Shown: positions 1 to 12,842 of the stretch, in pieces
Position numbering within the stretch: position 1 is the first letter of the stretch
Layout: every line of letters starts with the position of its first letter
Assembly: GCF_009914755.1 (NCBI RefSeq)
Contig: NC_060928.1
Reading direction: 5' to 3' (one strand)
Length of the DNA: 64,000 nt
Source: the human T2T-CHM13v2.0 reference genome, Homo sapiens
The notes under the pieces: model-generated
What the model was told of the DNA's origin: nothing
The model's input: only the letters and a program-made list of their open reading frames with translations
Databases searched by the model: none
Translations under genes and position numbers: made by a program

Positions 1-575
<575 letters not shown>

Positions 576-2955
576 GATCCTAAGGATTTTTAGAGGCAGG
601 TTAACAAGGGAGTCATCAGTGAGTTTTGCAGAAGTCATAAGAAAGAATAGAAGTGAGGCTCATCTGAGTCAATGAGGAAAAGTGAGTTGGGTTTTGTATC
701 TGTACAAAGGTGGTTCTTTTTGATTAGCCTTTTCTCAGAACGCAAAAGGACTGAGATTTCTCAACCTTAAGTACTATTTGGAAACATTGGAGTTAGATAA
801 AGTTTAACATTGTCATCTCTAGCTATGTTTTAGTTTACTTCATGGACTCTCATGATAAATCATGAATTTTACTTATTTTGTTTTTTATTCCTACTTTATC
901 TATTTGATCTTTTAGTAGATACAACTTCCCTAAGGAGATACTACATTTTGTCACTTGTTTTCTTGAACATTTTAACTACAGTAATTTCAAAGTGTCTCTA
1001 TAATATCCAATATTCATATCCGTGTTATCTATATCTATTTCTTTTTTTTCTCATGATGTGTTTCTTTCCTTTCTCAGTATGTTTGGTGACTTTTAATCCA
1101 TTTTAGGAAAATATATCATCTTCATGAACATCTTCATGATGTTCTCATTCCTAGAAACGATTCCCTATCCTCTATCAAGAGGCTAGCAGAGTGATAATCA
1201 TTTCTATACTGTCAGCCACTGTTAGATTCAAGCTGGATCTGTAATCTTTATAAGTCTCAGTGTAGCTCTATTTTGCTTTATTTCCCTTAAGTGTTACAAC
1301 TGAAGCATACCGTTTTTCCTATGGCCTGTCTTCCTTGACTTCTTAATCTACTTTTGTTTCTTCAGAATCATAAGGCTTAAAAGAACTTCTCTCTTGAATT
1401 TATGTATTCCTTAGGTTATTAACCAGCTGTCTTTCACATATTTTTTATTTCTTTCTTGAGCTTCCCTTTTTGCAAGTATCTTGCGCCTCATATGCTAGCT
1501 TCATTGTCACATTTGAACCAAGCCTTTTTTCTAAATTGATTTTACTTTTTTTTTAATTATTGGCAGAAAAGAGCATTTGCCTAGTATAAGCTACCCTATC
1601 ACAGCCAGAGGAGGAAATCTACTTCCACTTATTTTTTTGCTACTTTCTTCATTTGAAACAAAATTGTTTAAAAAGATTCCAGAGATACATTGACATGCAA
1701 TTTATTTTTATTACGGTGGCAAGTAACTGTCTCTTGAGATTGTACTTAAGCATATTTAACATTTTAAGCTATATCCAATCTTAGAACATAATCTGCAGAA
1801 TCATAGTAAGTTGATTTTTTAAACAACCAACTGGATTGAAAACAACAATATCCTTTTGTACTGTGTAGTTGTTTTCCTTGTGTTATTACTGCTTCCACCC
1901 ATGAATAGAACTATTATGTGTTTTGAATAATTTAAAAAGATGTGTTGCTTGTTGATTTTGGATTTATTTTCCTGACATATTGAATAAAATATTCAGTGAG
2001 TGAATGACATATGGCCTTTCTTCACTGAAATATGGCAAATATGTCTTTTTCCTGGTGCACAGATCTTGTTTTCTACCAGTTTTATAAGCTATGCAGGGTG
2101 AGTGAATTCAATAAAAGATTGTTAAAGACTTACAAATAACATACATTCAATGATTGTGTTCTGCAACAAAGTAAATTTAGACTCGTGGATAATAAATATT
2201 TATGAAGATGAAAACCTTTTCAGAATTCTAAATTTGGAAGCCATATGCTGGCTAACTGTTTCACTGTACCTTTCTTGTGTCTTTGTTAGACTGATATTGT
2301 CCAGTTTACAACATTTTTCATGATGTTTTCAAACCTTACTGGCCCAATTTTATCTACTACTGTCAGTATGATCCAGCATGTGAAAAAATGCACACTACTG
2401 TAATATGCAACCACATAATCCAATCATACACACTGCTACTATATCTACATATTAAACAAATAGGATTTTGTGTTTTAATCCTGTTCTTAGAGCATTTGGC
2501 ATGAAACGTTATCTTGATCATTTGTATATTTCCCTATATTTAAGTACTTCAATAAAAAATGTAAAAGAAAAACAAATTAAATCATATTAAGTCATTTTAT
2601 GTAAGTAGATGGAAACAGGTTAACAATAATAATTAACAAACTGTATGCATTTCGTGCTGTAATTCTACCAGGTAATCACAGTGGGAAATACTACAGCATA
2701 AAAATTATTCTGAAGGTGGGACAATCATGTAAATTTTACCATCTTTGAAGGCAAAGATTTTGGTCTACATACATTCTTTACATGTTTTTCATGTAACTAT
2801 GAATTGTGCATACCATATTTGAAGCTCAAATATGTTTCATATGTATGAATTGTTCCTTCACGAATGTTCCTTAGAACGTAGCTGTAACTGAAAGACAATA
2901 AAGATAAGTGCCCTTCTGTCATTCTTGATTAGAAAATAGATAATTCTGTCCTTAT

Positions 2956-3749
2956 TGTCTCTAGTCTTCCTTGATTTGCTCCTAGGAATGTCCCTCCCAA
3001 TGATGCAACTTTGTATCATATCAAACATTTCTCAAGTTTCCTTTCCTCATATGGTTCTGGGTAAATTCAGCCACAAGGGAAATTTGTGTGAGAGGTGGAA
3101 GGCTAAAGTAAACAGTCAATTTTTTGCCTTTTGTTGTTGTTGTTGTTGTTGTTGTTAGCTCAACATTCTGAAAGTCCAAGTAAGGCTATGACCCCTGCAC
3201 CTGATGCAAGCTTTCAGTGTGCTGGCTCATCTTGCTGGTGTGGGGAAGCAGCTGGACCCTTAGTTTCTTTGGTTCTTGGTGGATCTTTTGTTTTACCTGC
3301 TGCACATCATAGCACTGGCACATGTGCAGCTCTTTGTTGAAGTATGTTCAGATTATAACATAGGTTGCACACATCATCAAGGCTGCAGGCTATGAATAAC
3401 AGATGTGCATTCTACTTTGTTCTTGTGGGTTCCATTTAGTCCTCAAGTGTGCCTGTTTAAGTCATAGGTTCCTATGCATTCACACGCATTTCAATTTGTC
3501 TTTAATTTTCCCAGGTTTAAATCCAGTATTTCTTTCTATATCCTGGTTCTTACCTCAAGACCAACAACAGATGCAGAAGCAACAGCCTTATGTAAACTAC
3601 TTAGCCAGCTCTGACAAATGTATAACTTTTAATCCCTATAACAGATTATTTATGCTACATATCACTCTAGATACTCACATATCACTCATCATCATTCTAT
3701 ATATCACTCATTGTGGTTCCTATTATTTGATCCAAGCCTAAATCATACA
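2956..3749 (+). mobile_element. ERVL-class LTR (LTR41/LTR52-like), 5' copy
   Basis: Ends 'tcactcattgtggttcc...cctaaatcataca', immediately followed by 'gattttggcacc', the ERVL PBS-like start. The 5' boundary is approximate. Confidence 0.55.
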
Positions 3750-5025
3750 GATTTTGGCACCCAATTGACTCTGGGGATTACGACCTTGAGAATCAGTTCT
3801 TTGAATTGATTCTGGTTTGCACAGAACTGCTTTTCTGATCTACTGATTTAAAATATATGAATGAATCAGTTTTCAGTGGTAATTTGGTTAGTGGTAGTCT
3901 ATGGCATGCATTGGCAAAACTGTTTCTTACATTATTTGTAGATAATCTGCAATCAAGTGCTATAGAAAAGAAATCTTTGGGTGGCTATAGAGTTCCTCCC
4001 ATGGAACACAGTAGTAAAAATATGGAAAACAATGGGTTATTTAGTTATTTTTTATATATACCAGACACTTGGAGAAAGAAACAGCCAAGTTTGGCTCAAA
4101 TCTGGGTCCAGGTAAGGAACCAAAAAGTTTCAAAATGAAACTGTTTAATTCTCTCTCCATAGAACTTGGATTTCTGAAAATAAAATCTAAAACTTATCCC
4201 ATAAGTGAGTAAATTACAATGCAAATTACATTTCTAATATAATGTGTGTCTCTGTTAAAGTTAGGGCATTGATCTGGGAGGATAAAGATCCTCACAATGG
4301 TATGGATACTTATAAGTATATTCTGTTGAAGCTGGAGCCTTTGAACCCATAAATTATCTTGAGATGCTTTTGACATTAAAAGTAAATTTTCCTCCCTTAT
4401 GAGGTTAATCTCCTTTTGCCTGAATAACCAGTAATGTCCTCTCTGATGTATGTGATTGCAGGGACCTCTGATGCTCTTTAATACCTACTCCATCACCTCT
4501 CATTGCTTCTGAATTTGTAGACAGATTTAAGTCTGTCAGGCCAGAACATGTAAACCCAAACATATAATGCAATAAGCATCAAAAAAGTGACATTTTTGCC
4601 ATTTTGTATCAGCAGAAGTCTGAAGAACATGTCTGCGAAAAAACCCTAACAGTGTTGGCACAGAGTGATGTGAATATAACATTGGACTAGGCTGAATTAT
4701 TTATCATGAGTGCTCTAAACAGATTCTGGATTCAACATATTACCATGAAGGACTGAAAATGGTTTCAACACCATGTTTAGGGTAACTGAACATAGACCCA
4801 AAGATAGCCTAACTACATTGATAAAGTTAAAATGTTTGACCTTCCTTGGTATTATAGAGGACAGTTTCTAAAGACTTAAGCTGTTTGAAATACTAGAATG
4901 GATTCATTCAATGATATCTGTTCACAAATACCTTAACTCCATACTAACTACATCCACTAAGAAGATGCTGCTCTCTTTTAGTGGATGCAGTCTTCACCAA
5001 GAGGATACTATCTTCACCAAGACTA
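3750..5025 (+). mobile_element. ERVL internal remnant (gag-region, degenerate)
   Basis: Starts 'gattttggcacc'; contains 'ggtagtctatggcatgcattggcaaaac' and 'cttcaccaagac', which resemble ERVL-int. No intact ORF. Confidence 0.55.
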
Positions 5026-5026
5026 A

Positions 5027-5256
5027 TTCTCACTCATAGGTAGGAATTGAACAATGAGAACACTTGGACAGAGGAAGGGGAACATCACCACTGGGGCCTG
5101 TTGTGGGGTGGGGGGAGGCGGGAAGGATAGCATTAGGAGGTGCACCTAATGTAAATGACAAGTTAATGGGTGCAGCACACCAACATGGCACATGTATACA
5201 TATGTAACAAACCTGCACGTTGTGCACATGTACCTTAGAACTTAAAGTATAATAAT
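5027..5256 (+). mobile_element. L1PA 3' end fragment (5'-truncated) inserted in ERVL
   Basis: 'ttctcactcataggtaggaattgaacaatgagaacacttgg...tgtaccttagaacttaaagtataataat', followed by a (TA)n/(CA) tail. Confidence 0.93.
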
Positions 5257-5344
5257 ATATATATATACACATATATATATGAAATACATACATGAGAGAG
5301 GCTTGAGAATTCTTAAGAGTAATTGGGTGTCTATTCCTTGCAAG

Positions 5345-5900
5345 CAGAAGCTAGAGAAGCTGCAAGATCTGCTGTCCAGGCTGGTACAGAGCCAGACGCT
5401 GTTGCAGTGCACACATACAGCTGCTGATCCACTGCCTCAACTCACTGTCATGAAGCAGCAGCCAGACCTGCAGTTCCCCCAGTTCCCACTGGGTCATATC
5501 ATTCAATTATTTCCAAACTCTGAGTCAGGTGTGTATGTAAACCCATTGTGAAGAGTACCAACTTCTGCAGATCACTGACATTATTGAAATTTGAGTTAGT
5601 GGAAGACAAATGTGGTTTCCAGTTTGAATGCATGGGTTCCCAAAAAACCCTGGGGGTTTCAGGTTTTCCCTGATCTCCTTCACTCTATGTCTATTTCTTC
5701 TATTCAACTACAAGCTTGTTAACTTCCAGCCCATATTAGACACATAAGTCAATTTTACATAGAGCTTTTAACTAGCTTCCACAGTTTTTTTTTTTTTTTT
5801 TTTTTTTGTTGTTGTTGTTTTTGCCTAATTCTTACTATAAACCTCTTACTCTATGTTACTCATAGTGACTCTGATTCTCTGACAAATCCTAACTGGTGCA
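5345..5900 (+). mobile_element. ERVL-class LTR, 3' copy (partial)
   Basis: 3' end 'ttactcatagtgactctgattctctgacaaatcctaactggtgca' resembles the end of the 2956-3749 LTR. Confidence 0.45.
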
Positions 5901-7489
5901 CCTATTTGCTAACTCTGAAATATAGAGATTATCCAACAAGATCTCTTCAACATCATATATATATAACTATAACACTTAATATAATTAATCACTATGCCTA
6001 AGATAATTTAATGTTTCATTTGTATTTCTATTAGAAAACTCATCGTCTCTGAGTTTCACAAGCCAACATGGCTGAACATAAGCCAAACTGACAAATACAA
6101 ATGGGAAGAGTTGCTGCTTGTTTAAAAATAAAAATCTTTTCAGGGTAAAATTAATTAATAAATATATTTAATCGATTTTATTTTTATGGGCAGTGACAAT
6201 TAAGGAATCATCTTTATAGATACAGTTTTCCACTTTATGGGTTGATAAATACATATGAGGAGTGTAATATTTGGAAAAGCAATTTATTAAATAACCGGAA
6301 GGAAATTTCTAATTTTGTAAAGCCCAGTGGAAGAACAATCAGAGATATAACCAGAGATATATTTGGATATAACATAATTAATGATTGGCCCCCTTATTCA
6401 TGCCTATGTTTATGTCTCAAATGATGACAAGCTGAAGTTCATACAATTATTAGAATTAGAGGCTGTGGGAGTGGGACAAGGAAGGAAGTGGTAGGCTATG
6501 GATTGGAAGGCAATACTGGTGGGGGAAATTGCAGGAAACCTTTTATCAGGATATCAAGTATGAATCTCTTACCCCCACTATTCACTCAGTCAATTCTCTT
6601 TGAGTGTGCTAATAAAATTAAGGCCAAGAACTTGGGAACCCCTAGAGTTTGTTTCTGTTATCTACAAGCTCTAACTATTTATAGGACCAGAATTGTCCCC
6701 ACTGATATTAAATCCAAATTAGGTAAATGCCACCAAGTGTTGCCAAAACGCAACCAGGACTATGATAGATTTGGATTGTTCAGCTACTCTTCTTCTACTC
6801 AACTCTCAGTGTTCTACTTGCACAGACTGACCCAGATCAATTAATAAAACTCCAGAAATCTGATTCCATATTTTTAACCACATTGTCTGCATTATAACTG
6901 TGTTTCCTTTTATTTAATTGATCTTCTCTCTTGGGCATAACATTGATAATCCTAGATAACGAATGGGCTTGGATACTTAATATGTTCAGCCAAGAGAAAA
7001 AAAAGGAGCACAATGAAGTGGAATGGTCATCAGCTGGTCTAACTTGTTGTGGATGGTAAATGCATCCTCTCATCCCATCTCAAAGCACAAAAATAAAAAT
7101 GGTCTGGACCCAAGGACATCAGAGGTTACTGAATGATAACTATGATAAGTGGGTAGTGAACCTACTTCAGGATTCCTGACCACTGAAGACCTTATCTGGG
7201 GAGGTAAGAAAGTTTAATATTAAATCATGCTAAACTTTTGAAATCATTACATAGGGTTGCACATTTTAAATGTTACTAAATTAAGATGTTTTCAAATTAC
7301 AAGGGCTATAAGACTTTCTGTTCCTTTAGGATCAATGGATAATCATGGACGCCCACTGAGATGTCAGCCAAAAGCAAGGCAAATAAATAGTTCTCCTGAG
7401 TAAATAGTTTGTACATGTCCCAAGCCATTGTTATTCAAGGCCCTGGTTAAATGGTAAATACACATCTATTTTTCATTTTTAAAAATATG

Positions 7490-7645
7490 CACATGTATAA
7501 GTAAATGTCTGCAAATATGAACATAAAATCTGCATATATACATACATAAATCATACATTCATACATGAATTCATTCATATATGAATCATATATATCTATG
7601 AATATACATACATTTATACAAACACAAACACATATACATACATAA
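7490..7645. repeat. TA/CA-rich low-complexity tract
   Basis: Degenerate (TA)n/(TACA)n seen directly. Confidence 0.7.
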
Positions 7646-7750
7646 AGGTCCAGACATGTTTTCACTTAAACGCTGATAATAATTGGGGTGAATGAATGTA
7701 ATATAGATATTTCCAAATAGTTTTTGAAATGTTTCCTCATTTGTCTACAA

Positions 7751-7965
7751 CAGCATAGTGTTTAAAAGCACAGATTCTAGAAACAAAGAGCTGGGTTTGG
7801 ATTCTAAGTCCACTATTGTGTGAAATGATTCAAGTCACTTAATTTCTCCATGCCTCAGTTTTCTTATCTGCATATTGATCATATTCATAGTGACTATTCC
7901 ATAAGATAGTTGTGAAGATGTCAGGAGTTAACAGATTTTAAGAATTGTAAACAGCGTCTGGCATA
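7751..7965 (+). mobile_element. MIR SINE
   Basis: MIR core 'caagtcacttaatttctccatgcctcagttttcttatctgca' and 3' 'aacagcgtctggcata'. Confidence 0.8.
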
Positions 7966-10844
7966 TTTTAAACTCTGTATGCCTAACTCTTTGATTGAAT
8001 CTGAGATTTTATGTTTTTTCTCTATAAAAATAAAATCATTTTTATACACATTTTAGGTGAGGGATTACACGTTTAGTTCAGAGAGGAATGAGAAAATGCA
8101 ACTACTTTTCAATGTCTAATCATCACTATATTTCTATTGCTCAAATGTGCAAGAAATACTTTATAAAATTTTGTGGTCACTTACACAACTCCCCACTACT
8201 CCAAATTAGCTATGATTATGATTAAGTCAACCCACTGGTCTTTCAGCTGACATAAAGTTGAATAAAAAAATGTTGTTTTTACCTAGGAATTTTCTTTTTT
8301 TCCCACTGATTTATAGTTATTTTGGCACTGAATAAATTACAAGTGAAACAATTACATGATTCAAAAGACTAGAGTTAAGAAAAATTGCATCTGCATGAAA
8401 AAATAACAGCAACTTGAAAGATGGTCCATCTTCTCAACATATTTAACAATGAAAGATTATTTTGGGAAGGAAAGATGCACGTTATTAGTTCCAATTTGAA
8501 CGCTTTTCTACCAACAGAAATGAAATGAGGCAGAAAAGAAAAAGTAAAAATTTGGAAGAAATGAGAAGTATTCCCTTTTGATATTTGTGTTTTTGAAATG
8601 AGATTACTTTTCTACCTACATTAATATTGGTTCCCATTTGAAATAAATGATACAAGAACAGCAATATGCTAATTTAAAATATATAGAGATGATTATAATG
8701 ATTTTAAATTTGTGTATTATTAATATGTTTGTATTTATTCCTATACAGTCCATTAAGTGAAATTGATGAGTATATCACAAAAGGAAATGCTATGAATTGG
8801 AAATTCACATAAAAATATAATTAATGTATTTATTGAATCCCTATCATTAAGCTAGGGGTGAAGAAAAAGAAGAGATAAAAAATATAATGAAATTATTGAC
8901 ATACAGGGGTATTTGTGGTTGGTTTTTCAGACAAAAGTAAGAAAATCAGGTCTTGTGTATATGTGGGTGTGTGTGCACCCCCATTATAGCTAAAAGTATT
9001 TTGCCTAAAATTCTCTGTACATAAAATAAAAATAGTAATATGTTATCCTTTCTATTTCAGAATAAATACAGTGCTCTGTGTGAAATCGTGTTTCTTCATT
9101 AGAAGGGTAATTTTATATTGTTTAATATTTCTATTAGCTAGATGTTTCATCATAGGAAGGAGTAAACCCTCTTCCATTTGTCTCAGAAAGAATAAAAAAT
9201 TTTCTCCTTCTATATTATTTGTCTAATAAATATGATTGTTCTGGTATAGTTCATTCATTTTACTGAGGAAAACAAAACATTTTAAATTGTGTTAAAATTG
9301 CAATTCAAAATATCACAAAACTTAGTACAAAGATTTTAACTCGCAGCTTCATTACATAACACAAGAACAAAAGTCAATCAAATAAAATGACAATTTTGCC
9401 TTAAGATTAAATGAATTCCTGATATTAATCTTTATTACTATGGCTGACAGTAAATTATTAATTCCAAGGACTCCTTTTATTGGGCATAATTATTCAGATT
9501 TACCAGGTGTCTCTAAAGAAGATGTTAACAAATAACTTGTTCAACTTCAGTGTTGTAAATATTTAGGACAGAATGGTTCTCAACCAAGGTAGTATAAAAG
9601 AAATAAATAGAGCACGCAAGAATATCTGTCAAGGTAATAAGTCCATAAAATCTATCAACGTTCCTGAAGCAGTGAGAAATTTCTATTGTCAACGTGATAT
9701 TCTCTATTATATGTATACTTGAATATAATATTACTTTAAGAACAAATAGATCTAAAACATATCTAAGGTATGCTTTCTCAACAGTGGAAGTACAGCTAAC
9801 AGAATTGAAATTTTTTTAAATAAATCGTGTTAAAATGGATGACTAGAAAAATGTGAATAGAAAAAAAGTATCGTTTTTCCTACTCTTCATTATAAAAATA
9901 GACTTTCACTGTTTGAAACATTCATCTTCCAAAAATCGCTCATAGTTGAAAATGTTCTAGTAACAACATGCCCTTTTGCATTTATGCCTCTCTCGCAGTA
10001 TGAGGAGTAGACCTGACTCTTTGCCTATACCTACAGACATATCACAATCTTTAGATTGAAAACACAGGTATATACATGCAGATAAAAAATGGTTGCAAAT
10101 TATAATAAATTAATCCAAGAAGGGTTAAGGGCTTGACTCAAAAATATCAAATAAAAATAAACTAATTTCAATGAGGTTCATTTTAACAGTTAGATATTAT
10201 GAATAAAAATATATTTTAAGACAGTTTTATTGACCCTCAAATTAATCTTAATATATGGTTAACTTGCACAAACTAAAGCATTCATTGACTTAAATGACTA
10301 TTCAAGGTCTAATTCAGGACTCCATTGAGATTCTTTTTCTCCGATAAGCTCTACCTCACCTTCAGAGTAGATGCAATTTCTTCACCCTCTGAATTCCCCA
10401 AACACTTTTTATCTCTCCCATTCACTTGAAAATTAATCATGCATGGCAGGATGACATTTTTTAATATCATGCCATACTAATTTAATTTGCCTGTGGGTTT
10501 TGTTTCAACAATAGCAATGAGTTGTGTCTTACCTTTTCTATTAAGGTAAAATGCCACATATTTGATGCCTCCTCATAATTCTTTACCTTATCATTGTACA
10601 TACCCAATAGCTTTTTCCTATTTTCTCCAAAGAATAGCAGAAAGTACAATTAATTATTAATTACTGACTACTACACTAATCTCAATAATTAATAGTTTAT
10701 ATTAATGCTAATTTATTTAGAAAATAAATTCTATGAAATCCATGATATGTGTAAAAACCATTATTTGCCTAATTTACAAAGATAATTTCCTCATGGCATT
10801 TTATTATCACTCTGTTTAGTACTTTTTAAATAACCTTATAAATT

Positions 10845-11080
10845 TTGAAGAATCAACTCAGATATTACCTCCTCCAGGAAGTGTTCCCTTTTCCCCACTG
10901 TCCTTCCCCAGCCTGGTCTAGGTGCCCTTCATCTATACTTCTGTAATCACTATGTATCTCATAGATTTCATTTTGTAATGTGTAATTTCTTATCTGTATT
11001 TCCACTGTGCTGTGATTATTTTTCAGGTAAGACTTTTACTTCATCCCACCCCTGCTATGACAAGCAATATCTGGCATATC
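10845..11080 (+). mobile_element. L2 3' fragment
   Basis: 'caactcagatattacctcctccaggaagtgttccct' resembles the L2 3' UTR. Confidence 0.55.
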
Positions 11081-11252
11081 TGGGTTATGCAAATCCCACC
11101 AAAAATGTAAACTTTTGAGATTAGTAATTTAATTTACTCATCTCTCTATCTAGCTACACATCTATCTAACTGTACCCAGCTCTGTGCCTGACATAGTGAC
11201 ATCACAACAATACATAACAAGTTTTTAAATGAGCATTTGAGGAAGTCCAATA

Positions 11253-11650
11253 CAGATGCTCCTTTATTTACTATGAGGTAACATCCCAATAAATCCACCA
11301 TAAGTTGAAAATGTGAGTAGAAAATGCATTTAATACACTTAACCTGCTGAACATCATAGCTTAGCCTAGTCTACCTTAAACATTCTCAGAACATTACCCT
11401 ACAGTAGGGAAAATCATCTGGAAATACTGTATGCTGTAGAGTACGAGCTGATACTTCAAGATCTTGTTGCTGACTGGGAGCTGCTCCTCACTGCTTGTGC
11501 CCAGCATCATGGGAGTGTCTTACAACGTATCACTAGCCTTTGATCAAAAGATCAAAATTCAGAGCAAGTTTTTATTGAATGTGTGCCACTTTTGCACCAC
11601 CATAAAGTTGAAAAATCATAAATCAAACTCAGTAAGTTAGGGACCATCTA
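11253..11650 (+). mobile_element. MER47 (Tigger/TcMar) non-autonomous DNA transposon
   Basis: TIRs 'cagatgctcc...ttac' and 'gtaagttagggaccatcta', TA on both sides (11251-11252, 11651-11652), and internal 'catcatagcttagcctagtctaccttaaaca'. Confidence 0.85.
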
Positions 11651-12198
11651 TATATGGCAGTATGAAAAGTAACATAAAGGATTAAAGGTCATTCAGAACA
11701 CCAAAAGTATTAATAGGGAGGGTGAAGTATTGGAGAAAGGATTTATTTTGTGAGTGAATGGCTACTGCATACTGGATACTAAAATTGTGTAGATTCACCC
11801 ACAGAATCACAGGGACTGCTAGACCAGTGAAATATCCTGCTGTCTAGATATGGATGTGGGTGTGGCAGGTAAGGGATATGTTAGAAGGAACACAAAAAGT
11901 TGGTTCTCTTCAGGAAAACTGGCTCCAAAAGAAAGGAAAGGAAGATAGAATGAACATGATCAAATTGTTCTCCAATGTTAAAGTTACCTATCAAGCATGT
12001 TTTCATCTTCCTCTGATGCAGAGAGAATTAATTGGTGGACAGAGGCCATATTATTATATTCTGCATATGGACAAAGATAGTAGAAGCAAGGGAGTGCAAT
12101 CTTTTAGGCATATTGAATAAATACAAAAAATAAACAAAGGTATTATTATCAGATTCCTGCATCAGGAGGAATAATAACACAGGACTTTTCTCAATTAC

Positions 12199-12842
12199 TT
12201 TTGCCAGCTGGAAACTCCCAGCCAGCAATGCCTTTGTCCCACCTCGACTTGTGGTTTTGGGCTGGCTTGGCCACACTGTTGCTTCTCATGGTGTGGGGCA
12301 GTTGCCCTCTGCTGGTGGAGGGCAGAGGGCCACAGTGTTATAGCCTTCTGAATAACTCCATTTGGTGGGTCCTGAGTTCTTGTCCTTCATACAAGAAAAA
12401 TGAGGATACACTGGACAATTGAAGAGTGAGGAGGGTGCAGGATAATTTTATTGAGTAACAGAACAGCTCTCAACAAAGAGAGGATGCAGAGGTAGTCCCC
12501 ACCCCCACAGTTGGGTGGTTTCTCTCTCAGTGGCTGAGTCCAGGGCTTTTATGAGCTCAGATAGGGGAATACATGCTAATTGGTTTGTGAGAAAGGCTAA
12601 AGCAAAGGTGCCACTCAAAGGTGAGCATAGCAGTGTAGAAAATCAATTAGGAAACAGTAGTTATGTGTAGGGTGGGGAGACATCAGAGGAAAGTGTGTCA
12701 CAAAGGAAGACAGATTCTCAATCTGGTCTGTGTATTTGACTCGTTGCTTGGCTTTCAGGCTTTGTCTTCAGCTTGAAGGTGGGGTTTCACTGGAGAACTG
12801 CCCCTATTTGCCTAGGCATTTGTCTGCCTCCTGCTAATATCA
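12199..12842 (-). mobile_element. ERV1-class 3' LTR (MER4/MER52/MER61 group)
   Basis: On the minus strand the polypurine tract 'agagggggaatt' is followed by TG at 12842. Contains the MER52-group-like 'gagttcttgtcc...gaaaaatgagg...tttattgagtaacagaacagctctca'. Confidence 0.75.

Noticed and set aside
1117-1144. catcttcatga tandem duplication overlapping a 7-bp hairpin (gaacatc/gatgttc)
   Set aside because: Too short to distinguish from ordinary slippage.
6488-6844. 118-aa ORF in apparently unique sequence
   Set aside because: GTG start, no recognisable domain or codon bias, and a length compatible with chance in 64 kb.
9040-9115. Acceptor/donor-like pair (ttctatttcag ... gg|gtaatt)
   Set aside because: Weak donor, no coding support, likely chance.
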